Part shown: one piece after another, positions 58,224 to 64,000 of the stretch
How positions within the stretch are numbered: position 1 is the first letter of the stretch
Layout of the letters: each line of letters begins with the position of its first letter
NCBI GenBank assembly: GCA_000708835.1
Contig: DF237107.1
Location: 1 to 64,000 of the forward strand
DNA length: 64,000 nt
Source: Klebsormidium nitens
Lineage: Eukaryota > Plantae > Klebsormidiophyceae
Direction: 5' to 3'
The notes under the pieces: generated by a model
What the model was told of the DNA's origin: nothing
Databases searched by the model: none
The model's input: only the letters and a program-made list of their open reading frames with translations
Made by a program: the position numbers and the translations under genes

Positions 58224-60996
58224 TCAGTGTCTATAACAAACCACCATCTCACCAATGTCACAACCCAACATGTGCAGGGGGCATCTCCCAACACGATCTG
58301 CGGCTACCGCTGGGCACCCTACATCTTGACGGCCTCCACAACGGACGCTTGCAGGCCCCAGCGGAACGATGCGGCTGATCTGGAAACCCTCGGACTCTAG
58401 CAAAGTCTTCCACTCCTGCTCTGAACGTTCCCGTCCACCCGGGCATATCATCATCATGTTGATGTCAAGGAGAGTGAGGAACTGGCGGGCCTCGGGGGGT
58501 GCGGTGCCAGGGTTGGGGATGACGAACTCCACAATCAGCAGCTTTCCTTCGGCGGGCAGGGCGCCGCGACAATTGGCCAGGATCGTCTTGCACGCCGCAT
58601 CGCCCCAGTCGTGCAGAATGTGCTGGAGGAATGAAAACGAGAGCGTTTACTTTGCGCGAGGCACGGTTACATGCAAGACCAACGGTAAAGTGGAATTTCG
58701 GAAGGGGCGGTTCAAACGACTCGAATTATTAGGGCATGGCTAACTGTATTGCCATCTGCTGTAAGTCAAAAAATGCTCCTCAAGCATACAGGGTTTGGAA
58801 CAGGGAGCACAAACATAAGCTGGTTGCACACCATCAGCACTCACTGAAAGAGTCTCTCTAAGAAACCCTCCAAAAGAAAGTGGTTGTTTCGTCAGGCCTT
58901 CGTGTAGGTAATGATCTCGGCGACTTCCAGGAAGCTGAGTGTCTGATTGACCTTTGAAAGGGATCGAGTCCAGAGGCGATTCATTGGTACAACTTTTATA
59001 CAACGTTGATGAATAAGAGAAGAAAGACGAAAAGCGTTTGCACTATGTTCATAAACGCTGCAGGTAGAAGAGACGAGAGAAGGAAACAAGAAAGATGACA
59101 ATGCTGCAGCAGCGCTGGCTCTAGGACGAAGAAACGGCACGAATCTTCATCATGATGTTGGAAGCCTTGGGCAGACTTTCAGCCTTGAACATGTCTCCAG
59201 ACACGTGCTCCACCCCTGGAAAAGATGGCGCAGTCTCGATGACACGTGGTTGGTCAAAGTTGAGGCCCTTGACGTCGGGGTACTTTGCGGTGATTGCTGC
59301 CATGACAGAACCGAGTCCTCCGCCAACGTCCATCAGCATATCCATGTCCTTGAACCCGTCGTAAGCCTGCAATCAGCAGAAGACTCCGTGAGCTTCTTAA
59401 GACCTCCGTAAAAGTCGAACAAAAGCAAGGCCTGATTATCATCATTCAAGCAAGAGGAGACCGGACGAAGCCTCTCCAAGCAGCAAAGGGGACGGACAAG
59501 CGCCATGAATGATGCTCCTCAGATAGCTGCAATCCGTCTTCTTGTATAGAATCTGCAGATTGCGTTCTGTGGATCGGGGCAAAAGAATGCCGGAAGATGG
59601 CTAGAGACCAGCATTTGCAGCGGAGCCCTGACCTGCAGGAGCTGGGGGAGCTGATTCGAGGAAACGCCCCTCATCGCAGCGTCGAAGGCCTTTCCAGACG
59701 TGTCCGCATGTGCCTGAATACCAAGAGCACGACTGTCAATCATAAAGGGACCACGAACAAGATAGTCATGTCGGATCTCTGGATCACTCTGACGGCTAAG
59801 CCAAGCCAGGTAGGAGCCATGGGGCCTCTGTGCAAGCAGTTGGTTTGTGGGATCCAGTACCTTTGCTACTTGTTACTTGTATATGCAAGGCAATCGCATC
59901 AGAGGTTCTAAGCTTGAACTTCAAATGAATATGGCAAATCAGAGTCGCAACTACCTGATAGTAGTCCCAGAGGCTACTATGCGTCTTGCTCTCCGTAGTC
60001 TTCTCCCAACCATTGCCCCCCTCCTTGATCGTGCGCGACAACTCATTCCAGGTGTTCGAAGTCATGGGCTCATTCAAGTGAATGATCAGACCGGCCAAGG
60101 GGCTCAGATCGCCTGTCTCCTGCAACAGACGCAGCTTTCCGCTTTTGAAAGTGGTATCTGGAACACATTGCATAGCAGACACACTCTATTCATGTCCAGG
60201 AAGCCAAAAGTCTTAGACAAGAAAGATGAGTTTCCAGTCCATACGGAGATAGCTTCTCCAACCAAACCCAGGCCTTTCCTTGCACGTCTTTACACAGCAT
60301 TATGCTCTTGCCTCTTGCCATCTTTCACACTTACTAGATGCTTCTGGATAGTAACAATACTCGGATTGAGTGGTTCAAGGAGCACCAGAGGCAAGAAGCA
60401 GAGTAACTTGACATGTGCGTTTACCTTGTCTGACACCAGGACTTGACCAACTGGGGACAAGCTGTAAGTCCCTTCTGCAGTCTCGTCAAGCACGCCGAGT
60501 CCAGACAGCGCCCGGATGACGCGTGCGGTTGCGTCCGGGTCTGTTCCAGCGAGCTGAGCAACGTCATCTGGATGCATTGGTTCACCTGCACAGAGAGCCA
60601 CAGTTTGCACTGATTGTCCTCACAAGGAGCATACTTGCAAAGGGAATGTCTGAGCGAACCAAGATACTCTGCTTGTATAATGAAGAACAGATCGCTGGCG
60701 CAGGCATATGAGAAACATTTCCATCTGTTGGTGAACCTCTGATTTGACAACTTCAAAAGAGAGTGCACTCAAGCAGAAATGTGTATCCTCTAAATGCATA
60801 TGAGAAGGTCATAGAGCATCTACAGGTGGTGGATCCCCTTACCTTGTTTAGCAAAGATGTCTGGCAGGCCATTGTCCAATGCAGCGTACAGCACTTTTCC
60901 TTTTGCAAAACTCATCGCGTAGTCTGCCAAGACAGCTGCTGGAGGCAAAACTGGCGCCATTCTAGAACCTAGTCTGCCAAAGAAAGAGCGAGCCAT
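58224..60996 (-). pseudogene. Class-2 (COMT-like) SAM-dependent O-methyltransferase, apparently damaged
   Basis: Exons 60996(or 60960)..60843, 60585..60425, 60119..59955, 59713..59633, 59366..59145, 58622..~58319/58224. Motifs: DVGGGLG, DQPRVI, GDMF, HILHDWGD, LDINMMM..GGRERSEQEW. The expected donor after MMK reads AAG|ATTCGT, and a +1 shift near 58355 hides the ending LQASVVEAVKM*. The family call is secure; pseudogene status is not. Confidence 0.6.
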
Positions 60997-61734
60997 GTCA
61001 CCATACAGCAAGCTGCCAATAATCTCCGCGCGTCACTGTGTTTGCTACATGTTTTATTGAGTGGCCTGTCATGACATGAAGGCCACCCAAGCAGCTGCCA
61101 AAAGGAGTGAAAGGCTTATGAAAGGTAGCTGAGCACCACAGAAAATAGAAGTCTGGCAGGTTTGACCATAAATGAAGACGGATCCTCGCCATGTGCCATT
61201 TCAACCATTCAACTTGATTGAACCACCTCCTCTGAAGCATTGCAAAAATGAGCATTTTGCAGAACACTTGTAGCCTGTAGGAGCTTCACAGTGCATAATG
61301 GACCCATAATGGAGAGCTAAAGGTTGAAGAAACGGGGAAGAAACCTGCTCATCAGCTACTTGCCGAGCTTGTCCTTGGGAAGGTGAAGACGCAGAGTCGC
61401 CTGTAGATCAGCCTGCGGCCTGCCACTCCCAATTATCTGGGTTCCAGGAACAATGCAGACGAGCTCAAAACAGCTTGCCAAGGTTTATGCTTGCATGAAG
61501 TCTGCTAGTACCCATGGAACAGATCAAGGAAGATAAGCCTCAGATTGAGCGCCTCTCTAAAATGATGGAGACGTATGCTGCTTTTAGCGAAATTCCTGCC
61601 AGAGAGATTCCTTGGAAGCTTGCTTGTGTACTTAGCTAGCAAATTCTTTCAGAAGGAGGACAGCAATCTGCTAAATCCGAATGCTGCATTCCTGCTTGCC
61701 AATGCTACGAATATTTTGGAAGCAGTCCTTCTAA

Positions 61735-62287
61735 GGGTACCGTCATTTTGTAGCTGGTACCCCCCCATTCTTTTATAGGGGGTACCCGTTAGAGGCTTCA
61801 TTCCTGAATTTCAGCCGCCCTGGGGGGGTGGCTAGGAGTGAGTCCGAGCTCTTAGGCGGGGAGGGGGGGTGGGCTTGAGGCTTGGGCCGAAGGTCCAAGC
61901 ACAGGCGCTCGATTGGTCAAATACCCACATAATCATCAAAATGAGTATCGAGATGGACGACCAGAAAGTGGGCTTTCTTGTCTTCCACCGAATGCACAGT
62001 TGGGTTGAGAAGATGCAGAAAACAGTGCATGAGCGTGCCCAATGAGGTACCGGTATGCATGTCCATTTGAATCAAATTCTCAAAATTTTCCACTTAAAAG
62101 CGGGGAAAATTGCAAAAATCTTGGCTCTGGGGCCCGAAGAAGTTCTGTGACTGACAAGCCAGGGGGGGGGGGTGGGCTTGGGGCTTGCTCGCCCCAAGGA
62201 GGCCACCAGGGGGTCCTAGAAAGGTGGCTTCGAAAAAAATGATCGATTTAAGAATGGGGGGGTACCACTTACAAAATGACGATACCC
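61735..62287. mobile_element. PIF/Harbinger-type (Tourist-like) MITE, 553 bp
   Basis: The ~38-bp TIR GGGTACCGTCATTTTGTAGCTGGTACCCCCCCATTCTT matches the reverse complement of the right end with 3 mismatches. A TAA target-site duplication is present at 61732-61734 and 62288-62290. Confidence 0.9.
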
Positions 62288-64000
62288 TAATAGGCTCCAG
62301 AGTCCAGACAATGTAGACCGGAGATCAGAGATTTAGTGTCAACCAACCATAGATACGGTACGGCAGCTAAAGCTGAGCGACGGCGATCGTACACCCTACC
62401 AACTTGCATGGCGTGGCGCGCCTCGAAAGCTGCCGTACTCGATAGACGGCGAGACAAAGTTGACACTGCTGACTGGTACCGTAGCTTGTATAATGCACAA
62501 GCTTGCCCCTTCCGGGATCCCTTCGAAATTCTTGGAAGTATCTCACGAGCATTCACTGTCAACCATGCGTGTGCATTATTGAGCGCAATCAACCAAACAA
62601 CATGAGATTTCGCGGCACAGTGGTCACAACCAAGTTCCATCCGACCGTCAGCCTGACGTGCCAGCGGCTCTTGGCAATATTGCGAAAGATGGAAGTTGAC
62701 GGGCCGGGTGACGACCAGCTCCTTTAACGGGCTGGCAATTTGGCGGGCGCTTAGTGTGCGTTGCGTTCCCGCTGGGTTGAAGACAATCAGCTGTTGCTGC
62801 AATGACGTCTCAGAAGGACGCGTGCAGGTTTGCGGTAATTTCAAGGGCAAGTTCCATTTGAAAGAGCCTGCTGTTTCCAAAATGGAAGCAGGTCGACTTT
62901 GATCCTGAAGCAGCGATAGCCCGTTCCTCCAAGCTGAAAAGGAAGAAAAGGGTATATTCCTCCGTCCTTGAACAACACTGTCCGAGGAATTGGCAAGTGC
63001 CCTCTCCAGCTGCATTTAGCTATAGACTGGCAAAAATGTCAACTCTATTATGTAAATGTCAATGTTGTGGCATGGCAAGTTTTATTACTTGAACATTGCA
63101 ACCCGTCCGATCCGCGAAGCTCATAGCTGTCTGCTTGTACAGGGTTGTGGGTCAGCTTTGTAATTAGGGAGGTTGGGGCCCTCTTCTGATCTCGCTTTCA
63201 ATATCGTCTTACTCATAATTGTCCCATCCCATGATTCACCACTTCTGCATGATATTTAAAACTGCTCTGCGTTTCGTGTCAGCCACTGAAGTCTGACCTT
63301 CAATCAACATTGCAGATCCTGATCAGCAGGAGGTTGCGAATGTTTGTGCGTTTCGCCTCATGGTGATCAATTGGTGTCTGGGGTGTAGGAATCTTGGGCC
63401 TGCTATCGCTAGTGACTTGACGGCCCAGTAACACAATCTGACAATCTGTAAATAGCAACATCAAAATACAGAGAATTGCAGCGGATGATTGTTTGCTTTC
63501 CTTTAGGGCCGCTCTACGGCTCTTTCCTCACCTCAGGGGCCCTGTGTACCTACCAAAGTGATCGATCTCTCCCTACGCTTTTGTCTCTCAGGTGTCCCTA
63601 AGATGCACCATCTTTCTCCCACAATGACCTTTCATGTTTGATGTTTGCAGCTATCCTCATGAGGAGGCAGCGAGCCGAAGCGCGCCCCACCGCTCACCTG
63701 CATCTTTGGCAACGACATGACTCCGAAATGCACGCTAGAAGTGGGGGCAGAAGACTCAGCCAATCGAGTGTTATGTCCACAATTTAGGCTTTCTTATTGA
63801 AGTCTGCCCTCTTTGAGTGACCAGATCTTGCGGGCACAGCAAAATTATTGTCCTATCCTGGTATATCATCAACTGGTGTCCATCTGCACTTACACTAGAA
63901 GAAGATGCCGCTTTCAGAAGCCCCTTTCACAGCAAGGACTTCTCGACAGCAAGGACAGCTCGGAGCCCAGCCCTTTCGGCGCAGATATTCAGCCCACGTT

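Noticed and set aside
62287-63015. 242-aa minus-strand ORF abutting the MITE
   Set aside because: No recognisable domain or coding-like composition. It needs a BLAST search and expression data before being called.

Overview
This is intron-rich eukaryotic nuclear DNA from the green lineage. It has plant-type galacturonokinase, hydroxypyruvate reductase, RH7 and NPL4 genes, plus TMEM65-like and FBXO15-like genes that I associate mainly with animals and protists. A streptophyte alga such as Klebsormidium is my inference, not something shown. I assembled ten spliced gene models by hand from splice sites and reading-frame phase: EF-hand TMEM65-like (-), a large protein with a DUF1838-like C-terminus (+), HPR (-), a large coiled-coil protein (-), a CPBP/Abi membrane protease (+), GALAK (-), an FBXO15-like F-box protein (+), DEAD-box helicase RH7/DDX21 (-), NPL4 (+) and a class-2 O-methyltransferase that looks damaged (-). 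There are also three MITE-like elements. I saw no tRNA, rRNA or CRISPR array. The most striking pattern is repeated tandem duplication, in roughly 77-140 bp units, of exon edges together with their splice sites in at least five unrelated genes, leaving decayed decoy exons in introns. Three gene models also need GC-AG introns, and three genes have single-base frameshifts at G/C runs. Exon coordinates are hand-derived and not validated with RNA data; all family calls are from motif recognition, with no database search.
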